Shown here: positions 34,612-47,679 of the stretch, in pieces
Numbering within the stretch: position 1 is the first letter of the stretch
Layout: every line of letters begins with the position of its first letter
Assembly (NCBI GenBank): GCA_000004985.1
Contig: GG738863.1
Source: Naegleria gruberi
Lineage: Eukaryota
DNA length: 64,000 bases
Strand: one strand, 5' to 3'
The notes under the pieces: model-generated
What the model was told of the DNA's origin: nothing
What the model saw: the letters and a program-made list of their open reading frames with translations, nothing else
The model's database searches: none
Position numbers and translations under genes: made by a program

Positions 34612-35224
34612 TTAGATAGTCTTACGTTCAGACAAAACTCTAACAATACTACCCATTCCCGATTTTTCGAGAACCTTTTCGTGCCACTTGAAGAGAGGCT
34701 TGGAGTCATTATCTCCTGTTTCCAAACAACGATAAATATACTTCATCAAAATATCCAATTCATCAGCATCAAGAGAATCAACAATCTTTGGAATGTCAGC
34801 TTCCTTGGTATTTACCAAAACTTTAGCAACAACGTCGGCACTCTTCTTCTTTGTTTCCTTGTTCTTGGCAGCAAGAGGTGGGTTTTCCAATGACTTTTTC
34901 AAGGCATCACCATACTTTTGACTATTTGTAATTGTTGTGAGAACGATTTGTGAATTTAGATTGTTGTCCATATTGTGTAAGTTAATGGTGGTAGTGTAGA
35001 TATTATTATTATAGGAAGAAGAGTCATCATCAACACCAGTATTAATATGACGATCATTACGATGCGATGATCATTAAAAAAATAAAAACAAAACCATCAT
35101 CATTGTAAATTATTTGACCACACAATTAGAAAAGCAAAATATCTTCTACATACGAACTGACCAATGAAATAACAGCCTTTTCTCTTTCATCAATTTGCTT
35201 TAAAAATTCAGAATCTTCAGACAT
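34612..35224 (-). CDS. ARPC5: Arp2/3 complex subunit 5 (ARPC5/p16), 2 exons
   Basis: Exon 1 (about 35160..35224) encodes MSEDSEFLKQIDEREKAVISL. Exon 2 (34612..about 34960) encodes ...ALKKSLENPP...VVAKVLVNTK...LMKYIYRCLE...WHEKVLEKSGMGSIVRVLSERKTI, which is collinear with the human ARPC5 C-terminal two-thirds. Confidence 0.8.
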
Positions 35225-35400
35225 TTTTTTATAAAATTTTTTAACATCAAATCTTGAAAAATGATTGGTGAAAAACAAGAATGACCTGTCAAACTGTTTG
35301 CTTAATACATCATGGCCATCCTACTTGAAGAAAATTTTATTCATTGAATTCATAGAATGAATAAGAATAACCTAAGAAAAAGTTACTGATTGATCAATTT

Positions 35401-38199
35401 TTATTTCTTCTTTTTGAAAAAGTTGACAAGTGTAATCTTGAAATTCTTCTTATTCTTCTTGTCGTCGTTAAATTCTGGGAAACAATTCTTTTCGAATACT
35501 ATGGCATTTCTTTGTTCTGGTTCGTGCTCGTTGTAGAATCCTTCCAGATCCAATTCATCAACTGCAGCTCCTCCATCCGTTCCACCACCATTATGGTGTT
35601 GCTGATGCTGTTGTTGATACATATTGTTGTTGTTAATATTATTATTATCATTGAAACCTGTATCAAACAGTTCATTGAATTGATCGAGAGAAGCTGGCGT
35701 GTTGGTACTGTTTCTACGACCAGTTCCTCCTCCAATACTTCTTCTGACCTTTCTCTGTTTTTCAATACTTCTTCTCTTATCTGAACTGTTGGATCTTCTG
35801 CTTGTTGCACTTCCATCTGAGCCACCACTACGGTCACTGAGGGCTGCTGGGGAGGTTGGTCTAAATTCATTATTGAAAGAATCAAAGTCATCTTCATTGT
35901 TTCTATCAATTGACTTCTTTCTTCTGTTAGTTGGCCCAGCAGAGTTGCTTCTCTTTGTTCTTCTTTGAATTGAGGCAGAGTTTTGTGAACTTGGAGAATT
36001 TGGTAAACTATTGAGAGAAACATTAGGACTTTGAACACTGGTTGGAGTGGTCACTGTTGGATTTGGAGGAGTTGATACTGAAGAACCATTAGGAGTATCT
36101 CCCGAATAACTCTTATAATTATTATCATTGGAAATTTCACTTCTGAAATTGTTAAAGAAATTGGTCCATGTGTTTCTCTTGGACTTGACATGAGATTGCA
36201 TCATTGGTGAACCTCCTTTAGCTTGATTCTTTTGTGCTGCATAATTCTCATAAATAAATGTAGTATTATTTGATCCAGCATTTGGTGGCATGCCATGGTT
36301 TGCATTGTTATTAACAGAATTATTCTTATTTGGAGAAGTAATTTGATTATTGCCTGACATGGATCTGTTACTGCCTTGTTGTTGATATTGTGAAATATTA
36401 CTCGATGATTGGAGTGATAAGGCCTGAATTTGTTGAGAAATTTCATTAACATTTACAATATTATTTTGAGCCATTGTGCTCTCAACAGTTGGATTAACAA
36501 TAACAGTTCTCATTTGTTGAGATTGATTACTCATCATATTTTGAGGTTGAATAATGATATTTTGAGGTTGATTATTGAATCCTCTGTTATTGGAATTTTG
36601 ATTCATCATTTGATTATTATTGTTATTCATTACTAAACCTCCACCGACCATGTTACCGTTATTATTATTGGAATTGTTGGAATTATTCATGCCTGACTCT
36701 AGGACTGGCAAGACAACAGAGAAGAGTTTTCTCTTCTGTTCATCTGACATGGATTGAACAAGAATCTTGGCCATTTGTTGCACTTCAGATTGGTTGACTT
36801 GTTGTTGTGGATTGAATTTTTCCAACCAAGTAGAGATCAAATTCTGGTGATCAGAACTCGAGGCCAAATAACTTCCTAAAACTTGAAACAGGGTATTATC
36901 AATTTGAGAACTGGCAAATGGAGTAGTGTCAACTTGAGCATTATTGGAGAAGATATTGTTATTTCCTGCCAGAGTTTGGAAGATGATACTTCCAAGTTGT
37001 TGTTGCTGTTGTTGTTGCACTTGTTGCATGCCATTATCTGCTGGTGCCAAAACTATGAAATTAGGTTGTTGTTGTTGTGGTTGTGATTGAGAATTGGAAT
37101 TGAAGATTTGTTGAGTATTGTTATTATTGACATTTGTAGCAACACCACCAAATGATGATGTTGATGATTGTGGTTGAGAATTGAGCAATGAGAGCAATTG
37201 ATAGAGATCATTATTTTGTGTTTGTGGTTGTTGTTGTTGAATGATGGTTTGTTGATTGCCAACTGGGAAGATAATGGTAGGTGCATTGTTATTATTGGAT
37301 ACAGTATTGAATTGATTATTGTTATCATTCATAAAGTTGGAAGTTTGACCATTGGTGGCAACAATATATGGTTGACCATTGATGATGACATTATTATTCA
37401 TCATGTTATTATTCATTGAATTATTGTTGGTATTAGTACCAAGAAAATCAAAATCTTCCATGTTGGAATTGTTATTCATTTGGAGGTTGAAGGCTAAACA
37501 TGCAATAATGATTCATGTAGTAGTTTAGGATAAACACATATTAGAATAAATTACTATAAATTACTTACCATCCAAAAGTGAGGTATCAATCGTATTAAAA
37601 CTATTATTACCAGCATTAATAGTTGTTGTATTATTATTAGTATTATTACCACCAAGTAACAACATTAAACTCTCATTAGTATTATTATTTCCATCGAAAA
37701 GGGAAAAATCGTTGGAATTATTCAAATTTGAAGGATTGATAATAAAAGTTGGTTGATTTTGATTTTGATTATTATTTGGAGAGGCAGCCAATTGAATTGA
37801 ATTATTAAATTGTTGTTGCTGATTATTATTGGCAGTCGAACCATTAATAATCATAATTGGTTGTACATTATTATTATTAGATGGTAATTGATAGATAATT
37901 GGTTGTTGTTGCTGTTGTTGTTGTCTGGGACTCAATTGATTTGGATCAATTGCAATGAAATTTCCATTTCCATTGTTGTTATTGTTTGTATTCGGTGTTA
38001 GGAACATAAAGTTATTATTATTATTGCCATTATTATTCATCATGTTATTGTTAGGAACAATGGTAGCACCCATACTATTGTTATTATTCGAATTATTCGA
38101 AGTATTATTATTATTGTTTATCAACATCATTGTAAACGGTTGAGTATTTGAATTGTTATTATTATTCATACTCGTAGAATTATTTTGCTGAAACATCAT
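35401..38199 (-). CDS. Asn/Gln-rich low-complexity protein (at least 900 aa, at least 2 exons), unknown function
   Basis: Exon 1 (37561..38199) ends at a GTAAGT donor whose stop codon lies inside the intron. A roughly 80-nt intron follows. Exon 2 (35401..37481) has long poly-N and poly-Q tracts and an SR/K-rich C-terminal region (RRKKSIDR...SRRSNSSDKRRSIEKQRKVRRS). Confidence 0.45.
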
Positions 38200-39091
38200 C
38201 TTTGCCTTTTTTATATATTTGAAAAGTGCGTTGTTGTCTTCTTTTAAAAAGATATGAGAGAGAGGAGTTGTTTGTTATTCGGATGATGACAAGAGAGGAA
38301 TACAAATATTGTGTGTGATGTAATTGAGAGGGAATATTCGTCGTCGTAGTCGTATTATTCGTTGCTATAATATAAATGAATATATCTTCAAAAAGGACAA
38401 AAGGGACTTGTGTTGTTGTTGATTGGAGTAAAAAGTACTATTGATAATTTAAAAGATAGAGTTGTGTGGTTGTTGTGGTTGTTGTTGTTGTTGATGGTCA
38501 AATATCGAACCGGAATGAAGTTTATCGCGGAAGAGAGAGATCGACGTTTGGAATAATAATGATAATAATCAACACAAGTCAGTTTAAAAAACACAAACCT
38601 TTCAAAATGTCAACACCTGTGTGTGATTATTGTCAATGTGGCAGACAGTTGGCCAATCAATGAGAGATGATGAATTGCAAATGGGATAACGTGTGAGGAA
38701 GTAAAGTTACTCCAGAACAGGCTATTGGGTGGTGGTAGAATTTTTTTTAGTGAAAATGAATGACACTGGTGCGATTGGTTTCCTTCTTGGATATGTGAAA
38801 GAAAACGAAACCTGTCTTGCCTCTACCAATGCAAAAATTTTACAAAATGTTATTCAGTGATAGAGTTAGAGTTTAATTGAGCCAGTATTTCAATAGCCTC
38901 TTCAATATTCCATTGCTTTTTGTAAACATTGTTAATATTTTCTGATGAATAAACCCATTTTGGGTGAAAAAGGACCATATGCGGCAATAAGATAAGGTTG
39001 ATTCATTGTATTGAAAATTGCCATTACTGACTTTGACAACAAGTTTCGAATAAAAAGAAGCATCATTAATACAATTTATTCTACTACAACA

Positions 39092-39907
39092 CTACTTGGA
39101 AAGAGATTCAGTAAACATTTTCATCATTTGTTGCATTGCCTTTCCATGACTTGCAGTTGCACACATAATTCCATAATACTTCTTACAGTTAGGATAGAGT
39201 TTCTCATCCAATAAACCACAAGTATCACAACCCTTCAAACCAAACCCTAAACAAATATCAGCAATATCCACTTGATTATCAAACAAGTATTGAGAATTTG
39301 GATCTCTTTCAGAAAGTAACTTTTCAACATGTGGCAAATAACTTTCCCTAATAATAGCTGAAGCCTTATCAAATTCTTCCTTTTCTTCAGGTTCAAAAGT
39401 AAGAAGATGCTTATTCATAATATTGAGACCTTTCTTTTGTAAAAGTGTTTTAAAAATCTTCATGGCAGGTGAAATATCTTGTTCCAATGATGAGCTGACC
39501 CACATCATTATTTGATATCTGAGTCCAGTTCTATAAACACTTGTGGATGGTGAAAGTTTCTTCTCAGTATCAAAATTCTCCAACAAGAACATTAGAATAG
39601 CATTCGATTCAAACAAGACATGTTTAGTCTCTTCTCCCTTCAATTGATATTCAAGACATGGAACCTTATGGAATGGATGAGGATTCTTGAGAGGATTCAT
39701 ATGTTCTCCAGTTTCCAATCTGACAAATCTCACCTGAATGGCACTGTCTTGTTCAACATTGAGTGATGAGTAATCAGTCTCCTTGCTTATATCCCTAATC
39801 GGAAGATTTAATTCATTCAATAGCCACATAACCTTGATGGAACGAGTTGGGAAGGACATGATTAATCTTGCCCATTTGAATGCACTAGTTTCAATTAAAT
39901 TGCTCAT
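39092..39907 (-). CDS. Glutathione S-transferase-like protein (thioredoxin-like N-domain plus helical C-domain)
   Basis: The 271-aa ORF carries GST N-domain signatures: HKVPCLE (cis-Pro loop) and ESNAILMFL (the Ser/Asn of the G-site helix). A helical C-terminal domain follows. Confidence 0.5.
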   Translation of the reverse strand: MSNLIETSAFKWARLIMSFPTRSIKVMWLLNELNLPIRDISKETDYSSLNVEQDSAIQVRFVRLETGEHMNPLKNPHPFHKVPCLEYQLKGEETKHVLFESNAILMFLLENFDTEKKLSPSTSVYRTGLRYQIMMWVSSSLEQDISPAMKIFKTLLQKKGLNIMNKHLLTFEPEEKEEFDKASAIIRESYLPHVEKLLSERDPNSQYLFDNQVDIADICLGFGLKGCDTCGLLDEKLYPNCKKYYGIMCATASHGKAMQQMMKMFTESLSK

Positions 39908-40213
39908 TGTTATTTTGGTTGAATGGTTGTTGTTGTATTTTTTTTAGTTGTTGATTTGATATGGTTAGTAGTACCAGCAAGGTGAAATTATCTTTTACCG
40001 CAGTATTTCGCTGACTGAGGACAAAAAAATGTGGTTGCGGACTTCTTCCAAAAACTCGAAGTGAATGCTCAATGTTAATCATGAAGAGTAAATTTCAATT
40101 AATACTCCAACAGAATCATCAGAAATATGATAATTTACATTTATTCTACAATTAAAGTTCAGAATTTTTGTTTTATTATTTACATTTAAGGAATATCTAA
40201 TTGGAAGATTAAT

Positions 40214-40798
40214 TTACATAATGGTACACTTCTTTTGTTTCTTTTGCTTATTTTTCAGTGGTTTCTTATCCAGTGATTTCTTCATTAAAAATTGATTAGT
40301 TTCTCTAATGATGGACTGAAAACTCTCCTTAATGTTGAATCCTGTTTTGGCTGAAGTTTCGAAAAAGTGTGAGATACCCAACATTTCAGCCAGATTCTTT
40401 CCCTGTGTTGTTGAGATTTGTCTCTCAGATTCTAGATCGCTCTTATTTCCAATCAAAACCATTGGAATGTTATCAGTGTCTTTGGCTCTTCTTACTAATT
40501 CTACAAATTTGGTTACTTCTTCAATTGACTTTCTATCGGTTACACTGTAAACGAGAATGAAACCATCTCTTTGTCTCATATAAACGTCTCTCAGTGAATG
40601 GAACTCTTCTTGCCCTGATGTATCGAGAATATCAACAAAGAATGTTTCACCATCTACGTTTTCTTCCTTCAAGTAAGAGTCCTCAATAGTTGGATCATAG
40701 AAATTTTCATTATTGAAAATGTTTTCAATATGTCTGATGGTAATACTTGATTTACCAACACAACCACCTCCTACGAGAGCAATCTTAATTTCCGACAT
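40214..40798 (-). CDS. Ras-family small GTPase with C-terminal CAAX box
   Basis: The 194-aa single exon carries the G-box motifs: G1 GGGCVGKSS, G2 YDPTIEDSY, G3 DTSGQEE, G4 GNKSDL and G5 ETSAK. A polybasic stretch precedes the CTIM prenylation motif. Confidence 0.85.
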   Translation of the reverse strand: MSEIKIALVGGGCVGKSSITIRHIENIFNNENFYDPTIEDSYLKEENVDGETFFVDILDTSGQEEFHSLRDVYMRQRDGFILVYSVTDRKSIEEVTKFVELVRRAKDTDNIPMVLIGNKSDLESERQISTTQGKNLAEMLGISHFFETSAKTGFNIKESFQSIIRETNQFLMKKSLDKKPLKNKQKKQKKCTIM

Positions 40799-41104
40799 GA
40801 TGTTTCTTTTTGTGTGTATGGATGAAATATATAATAATATTATCTTAATATTATTAAGAGTTGTTTGTTCTTTTTCTTTGTTATGATTTTCATTGCATTA
40901 AGGAGTTTGTCTGATTATTTATAACCTTACCAAAGTGTGTGGTGAAATATGTTCTTGGTATGTTCTTGGTGTGTTCATCCTTAATATGATATTTTATTTA
41001 CTGCTGTTCTGAGTTGTTCTTGGTGTAAAAGGAACTTTAAATTTTCATTTTAAGGTTAACAGAATAAAGATGAGAAGAATTATTACATTTGACGAGTTAA
41101 TAAT

Positions 41105-42817
41105 TTATGGTTGAACAGCAATTTCAGGTAGCTGGAGAATAAAAGTGTTGTGATAACCGGAGAATACTCTTAACCGAGAGGGATTCGTTGTCTTGTCTTG
41201 CTTAAATAGAGATGGCACCTTGACTGGCACTTTAGAGGAAGGCTGCTTGCCAAGACACCCAAGTTGACCTTCTGAATTATCTCCGCAAACAAATATTGAT
41301 CCATAATTGGAGAGGAATGTTGACATGGTAGCTCCACAAACTGCAGATACTATCTTTTCTCCAACTTCCATTAGATTGCTCATGTTATCATTGAGTGAAA
41401 TCTTGTTTATACTTTCTTTTTCTCCCATTCCACATTCTCCATCACAATTACTTCCATAACAATAAACTTGATTCTCCTTCGTGACAAAAATACTGTGACC
41501 TAAACCAAATTCCATCACTGAAGTTTGGTGCTCATCTAAAAAGTATTCAATTTGAGAAAAGTGGGAAGGTTTCTGAGTAATAGTCTCTGGTTCTAACAAT
41601 GAAAACCCATACACCTTCTTATCTACCGTAACAAATACAATATCGTCCGATCCACAAAATATCTTACTGACAGGTATCCCAGAATCAAAGAACCGTATCT
41701 TGGTTGGTTCTCTCAAAATATTAGAATCATCAAAACCTATTTGACCACAAATATAAATTCTCCTCAATTTGGTTACAAATATTGTAAAGAAAGCTCCACA
41801 GAAAACAGATTCCAATACATCCCCCTTCAATTCAAGGAAGAAGAACCCCAAAGAGTTCAAATTATTTGGAGGTTTCTTTAATTCAATTTCCTTAACTTCA
41901 AATGTTTTCCCTTGAAAATAATTCTCACCGTCCTCTTCTTCAGAATCTGAAGACTCTTCAACATCATCCTCTTCCTCATCTATATAGCTACTTTTTTTTT
42001 CAAAATTGTCTCCCAATTGGCCATAATTGTTATTTCCTCCCACTAGTATTTCTTTTTGTTCTGTCAATATGACAAGATGAAAGTGTCCACAAGCCATTTC
42101 TTTCATTTTGTTATTTCCTTGACATCCCTCCCATGTTACTTCCCTGGGTATTATTAATATCTTTTCGAAACCAATCTCCAAAAAGTTATTTCCAATCATG
42201 AAAACTCTCTTCTTTTTAGTGATAAAGAATGTAGATGCATAACACAATTTGATATCCTCAATATAGTCACCCTGATCGATTAATTTAACTGAAATGTATT
42301 CAGCAGCATCACATAATCTAAATTCATGAATTAACTTTCCAGCTGGTGCATTCTTATCAGCTTCTTGATCCTCATTATCCGAATCGAGACTCAAGTCTTC
42401 ATCATCTGAATCGAGATAGACTTCCTGATCCAATTCATCTTCCGATGAAGAATCAGAATAACTATCTGAAGATGATTGTATCAAATTCTTTTTCTTTTCA
42501 AGAGTGGCCTTAGTTGATTTTGTAGTAGGTTCTCCTTGACTCTTTTTCAATAAATAGGTATTTACTTTTACTCCCAACATTTGATCAATATTTGAACCAG
42601 TGGCATAAACAGTCGAATGATGATGGTGATGATGGTGTGAGGATGATTTTGTATGTGGGGTTGGTGTTGTAGGAGTACTCCTCTCACTCAATGATAGTTG
42701 CATTGCAGCTAAACGGTTCATTTGTGCCTCAATAGCCGATGCACTCGTTGTATTACTACTGGATGCAGTGGACAATGATGACAAAAAGTTACTATTATAT
42801 CGAGACATTTTTTTCAA
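41105..42817 (-). CDS. RCC1-repeat (beta-propeller) protein with N-terminal poly-His/acidic region
   Basis: The 570-aa ORF has repeated RCC1 signatures: YCYGSNCDGECGMG, VCGDNSEGQLGCLG and GGNNNYGQLGDNF. The N-terminus contains a His7 run and a D/E/S-rich stretch. Confidence 0.7.
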   Translation of the reverse strand: MKKMSRYNSNFLSSLSTASSSNTTSASAIEAQMNRLAAMQLSLSERSTPTTPTPHTKSSSHHHHHHHSTVYATGSNIDQMLGVKVNTYLLKKSQGEPTTKSTKATLEKKKNLIQSSSDSYSDSSSEDELDQEVYLDSDDEDLSLDSDNEDQEADKNAPAGKLIHEFRLCDAAEYISVKLIDQGDYIEDIKLCYASTFFITKKKRVFMIGNNFLEIGFEKILIIPREVTWEGCQGNNKMKEMACGHFHLVILTEQKEILVGGNNNYGQLGDNFEKKSSYIDEEEDDVEESSDSEEEDGENYFQGKTFEVKEIELKKPPNNLNSLGFFFLELKGDVLESVFCGAFFTIFVTKLRRIYICGQIGFDDSNILREPTKIRFFDSGIPVSKIFCGSDDIVFVTVDKKVYGFSLLEPETITQKPSHFSQIEYFLDEHQTSVMEFGLGHSIFVTKENQVYCYGSNCDGECGMGEKESINKISLNDNMSNLMEVGEKIVSAVCGATMSTFLSNYGSIFVCGDNSEGQLGCLGKQPSSKVPVKVPSLFKQDKTTNPSRLRVFSGYHNTFILQLPEIAVQP

Positions 42818-43129
42818 TGATTTTGACCACTGGATGTTGTACGGTTGAATAAACTTGTACTCGCCTCAATAAAATTAAGGTGTTCAGTAGTTAGTTTGGA
42901 AATTTTTACGTTAATAATTGAAAATCATCAAGATAATAGATTTTATTATGAGAATCCAAAAAAATGTTCAAACCATCAATCAAGAATATTTAATAAAGTC
43001 AAGATCCGTTTTCATTAAGGAAGATGAGAAAGAATTAATTTTCAATTTATAATTTAAAAATACATAACAAAATGGGTTTTTATCATCAAAATTTCTCTAA
43101 TTCTCATAGAACTATTACTAGAAAATAAC

Positions 43130-44558
43130 TTAGTGTTTGGCTGATTCTGGTGACATGAATCTGACAGCAAAGTTGAAAACGAGCAACAAGACACCACCAC
43201 CTGGACCAAGTCTCAAAACCTTTGGAACGAATCCCTTATACAAGGCCTTAACACCTTCTTCACTGTAAATCTTGGCAAGAGCTGGCAAAGTCCAATTATA
43301 CTTGTGGACAGTTCCTGGCAATTGATTTTGAATACGAGTCTTGGCAACATCGAATGGAGTATTCAACATTGTACCAAAAGTACCAGAGAGGAAACCAGCA
43401 ACGAAATCTTGGAACATACGTTGACCTTCAGAGTTTGGCTTTGGCATGGCACTCTTAACAGCGTGAATCAAACCAAAGTAACCACCATTCCAAGTGGCAT
43501 TTCTCCACATTGTTGATTCCAAACCAGTGTACAAAGTCATGATACCTTCTTGTTTGATAATCTTGGTCAAGGCATCTGATGTATTCTTGTAGAGTCCGAG
43601 ATTTTCCTTAGCTTGCAAACGAATCTTGACAAGTTCGAACTATATATTCCGATATTAATTATTGATATTGTGTTAAATAGTGTTTTCACACATCATCAGA
43701 ATTGTTTTCAATTAGTAGTAGAGTGATTGTCGGAAGGAGAAATTGTATCATTGAAATAATCGACAAGAGAAATTATGGAAATTCACCATTAACAAGTGAT
43801 AAATAACAATTAATAATTATGTGATGATATAAAACAATACATACAGGAACGACAACGAAAGCTTCAGTAATACCAGCACAAGAACCACTCAAAACAGCAC
43901 CAGTTTGTGAGAGAACACCATCAGAACCAGTAAAGTGCTTCTTAAAGAATGCATTAGCAGTGAATTTAACAGCACGCTTTGGAGCTATATGAAATGTAAG
44001 GAGGAGAAATTAATTGAATAGACCATTCTATTAATTGATCATATAATAATATCAAATACATACCTTCCATAAGAATTGGAGGGAGGATACCACGATAAAG
44101 TCCCTTGACACCATTGGCCTTGACAATTTCAGAGACAGTACCAACAATACCTGGATTATTGGTCTTACCAGCATAAAGTTGGGCTCTAGTCTTGACGACA
44201 TCCACTATTTTAATTGTTCATTATCAATTATTATTGTATTGATAGAGATAAAAGTGTTAACAAATAATAACATTAAAATTTTAAATGATCATGGTGATCT
44301 GACAAATTTTCATTAGAGTACTTACATGGATACATGATCAAAATTTCGGTAACACCAGCAATACCACCTATTATCAATCATTATTGTTTAGAATATAAAT
44401 CGTCATCATCATTATGGAATTCAATCAATTTGATCGTCATGGTGATAGGAGCAAGAAGAAGATATACAAGGACGTATACAACAAACAACACTAAACAAAT
44501 CAGCAACAATCAACAACACTTACCGGCTGCCACGTTGACAGACATACTAACGTTGTGA
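43130..44558 (-). CDS. Mitochondrial carrier family protein, 2-oxodicarboxylate carrier (SLC25A21/ODC)-like; 5 exons
   Basis: The five exons encode MSHHNVSMSVNVAAG, GIAGVTEILIMYP, LDVVKTRAQLYAGKTNN...GILPPILMEA, PKRAVKFTANAFFKK...EAFVVVP and FELVKIRLQAKEN...FDVAKTRIQNQ... The three Px[DE]xx[KR] carrier signatures are present. All donors are GTAAGT or GTATGT. Confidence 0.8.
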
Positions 44559-45640
44559 TGGGACATTTTATTCGTATTGGTTAAGGATTCAAGTTTGCGA
44601 GCCAAATCTTCTTCAACACTCCTCGTTTGAAAATGTAAATGGCGAAAAAATCGGGCGAACGAATTTCTCAGCTTTTTGGTTTGAAGCAAAATTGAGCGAT
44701 TGTAAAATGTGTTTAGCTGAGTTGAAGTTTGGAAAATCCAAGCATTGCATTTGCTGGGTTGGAAGATATTATTTCAGGAGATGAGTTTGTGAGGAATTAA
44801 TGTTGCTGCCCAGGATAATTTTGAGGTGTTTTGAAATAATGTGATAATATCTATTGCAACTTGTTTGGATAAAAAAGCGTAATGGACTTGGAGTTTACAA
44901 AAGAAATACGCGAGAATTATTCGCTTCATGAAGATTCTCATGAATTGTAGTAATTAGGAAAGAAGTTTCACATGTTGAAGGTTTGAATGTTGATGGCATT
45001 TCATTGGTTCAATAAGATTGGTTTTCATTCAATATTTTAATTAGATGCTAAATATTCCAGCTAGATAATGTCAATCAATTAAGGAGCTGATTAACATCAT
45101 TTTTTTTAATTTTGGATAGGTTTAAAATGAAAACAACCAATTATATTGAAATTTATGGTTGTTAAAAACCATCTGGATGACCTCAAAAGATGACAATCCG
45201 ATTCATACGCTCAAACAAACCAAATAAATAAGAAGAAATTTAATAAAACCACAAGAAAAAATGAGGAGGTCAAATAAAAAATATTTTCCATGCGGTTACT
45301 ACCATGTTCATTGAATTATTTTATGATTCCGAATGATGACCAAAATGCAAAACTTTCTAACTTTCGTCCCACTGAAAGCAAACATGTAGATAAGAAAGGG
45401 CTGACTAAATATTATTCTATTATGAATAGAATTTAAATTTTTAATGCTATGGAATAGTATCCTGCTGTTTAAGGTTTTAAATCTTATCGGAATTTGAGAA
45501 ATAAGAATAATAAACAATGAATGATTACAAGAATTAATGGAGTTATCACTTTTATTAATGATAACAACAGGTTATTAAATGGAAAGTGTTACATGATGTT
45601 ATACATATAGTTATGATATGATGACAGTGTTCATCTCAAT

Positions 45641-47329
45641 TTACTTATTGAGAGATTTGACCCACAAACTGGCAATGAAACTGAGGATCATTCTTGGCTT
45701 GACTTCTAAGATATCTTCGAACAACAAGAAGACAGTAGCACCAATCTTTCTGGCAACAGAGATGGCATACTTGGCATTTTGTTCAGCATCTTCATCAGAT
45801 TCACCAGGAGTGATAAAGTCCAAATTGACAGCTGATGGTCTAACAGCAGCACACAACTTGCACAAGAAGACACCAGTACGGAGTGACTTGTCATTCAAAT
45901 CATCGATTGGCTTTTCATCAGTAACCTTAGAGTTGGCCCAAGCAACAACATCCTTTTCGTCGACTTCCTTACCACCACCCAATGCCTTCAAAGTATCCAA
46001 CAAGGATCTTCTCATCAATTGCCAAATCAAACCCAAGATAATCTTCTTGTTACCATCAGCAATATCAGTACCACCAACATTGACAGTATTGAACTTGAAT
46101 TGTTTTGCCAAATCAACACAATAGTTGGTATTTTCAATAGCTTGATAACGATTCTTTGGTGGATTGGAAACTCTCTTCCATTCAACACAACCTGGCTTGA
46201 CTTTATCGAAGACCTTCAACAAGACAACACCATCTCTCAAATCTTCTGGAATGGCATTACAATCAATATCCAATGATTGAATCCAGAACTTGAAGGCACG
46301 TTCTTCACGAGTACCTTCCATATCAAAGTTCAACAAGTCAGCATAGTCATTCAAGTTGATTGGTTCCAAAGCTGGGTAGTTATTGAACAAGTTGGCAACG
46401 AAAGCCAAGTTAAGTTTTTGATTACCATTGATGACTTCCTTTGGTCTGACGAATTTACGACAACCAATCTTGTCAGCATTTTGCAACATCTTTTCAGCTC
46501 TCTTTTCCAAATCATTTTCATTCAATGGATCCTTGGAGCATTCACCATTTGGAGCAATTTGAGTTAACAAGAGAGTATATGCAACTGAATCTTTGATATC
46601 ACCTTCCAAATTCTTAATTCTTCTATCAGAACCAGCATTCTTCAAATGATAATTGACCCAACGAACCAACAAGGCAGCAGGATCCAACTTGAGTAAATCA
46701 GCCAATGATTCACCATCTTGCAAAAGTCTGACCAATTCAGGGTGATTCTTCAAGTTAATATCAGACAATAAACCAATCTTGATAATTTGCCAAACCAAAC
46801 CCAAAACAATGTGTGGTCTACCTTCATCAATGAAACCAGCTTGAATATTGACAACTCTACAACCAATAGCTTTAGCAGAGTTAATGGCCAATTCGTGGTT
46901 TTCATTACGTTCCCATGGATTCATCTTTGGCTTCTTGTTAATGACTCTTTCGTCGACAGTACCTGGAACGGCAGTGTTAATAAGCTTGTTGATCAAAACA
47001 CCATCCTTGACAGCTTCAAACAAACCATCCTTGGCAATTGGGAGTTTATCTTTCAAATCTTGATCATCCATGAGTGTGGAATTGATATAGTCGCTGTTAT
47101 ATTGAATGGATTAATTCATTCACACATTCAATTAATAAACAACAATGCATAGAACATTAATTGAAAAGGATTCGAGAATCAAAACAATAATAACAATTAA
47201 TAAATTGATTCATCAGCATATAATACTTACGTAAAAGCTTCAGTTTCTTCTTCAGTATAACCGTGGTGACCAGTACCACCAGAAACACCAACAGAAACAA
47301 CGTTAGCAGATGAATTCAACTTGTCGCTC
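45641..47329 (-). CDS. Fimbrin/plastin (four calponin-homology domains), 2 exons, no EF-hand domain detected
   Basis: Exon 1 (about 47243..47329) encodes MSDKLNSSANVVSVGVSGGTGHHGYTEEETEAFT. Exon 2 (45641..about 47100) encodes DYINSTLMDDQDL...LFEAVKDGVLINKLIN...VDERVINKK...LVLGLVWQIIKIGL...ILGLIWQLMR, which is collinear with the CH1-CH4 region of fimbrins. Confidence 0.85.
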
Positions 47330-47679
47330 ATTTTGTGTGTGGAGGATGTGAAGAGTTTGTGTGAATTTTTTTTGATTAAAATTTTTAAGATCAAAGTCAA
47401 GTGGTTTTTACATCAATCTCTGGTTAATTTTCTGATTGACGTGTGAAATGTAATGGTACCTCGTCAATCAGAAAACAGCAAACTGTAATGACTTTACAAT
47501 TTTTTGCATTTCCGAAGAGAGGAAGTATCAATAAAAAACACTTTGACATTTTACTCTGGAAATGAAACTCTAATATTGGAAGTAAATTACAATAAAGTTT
47601 GAATGATAATGACGTGTTAATGTGCTTGTTGGGAAACATTGTTTCTCATGATATCTTTAAAAAATTCTAAATTGCATTT

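Noticed and set aside
35499-38143. Alternative-frame ORFs inside the N/Q-rich gene (35499..36038, 35512..35784, 37955..38143 and others)
   Set aside because: Low-complexity (AAT/CAA/TTG)n DNA yields open frames on every strand. Only the N/Q frame, continuous across the intron, is plausible.
38880-39091. Possible terminal exon or small gene between the N-rich gene and the GST-like gene
   Set aside because: Only a short ORF with no recognisable motif. This is insufficient evidence.
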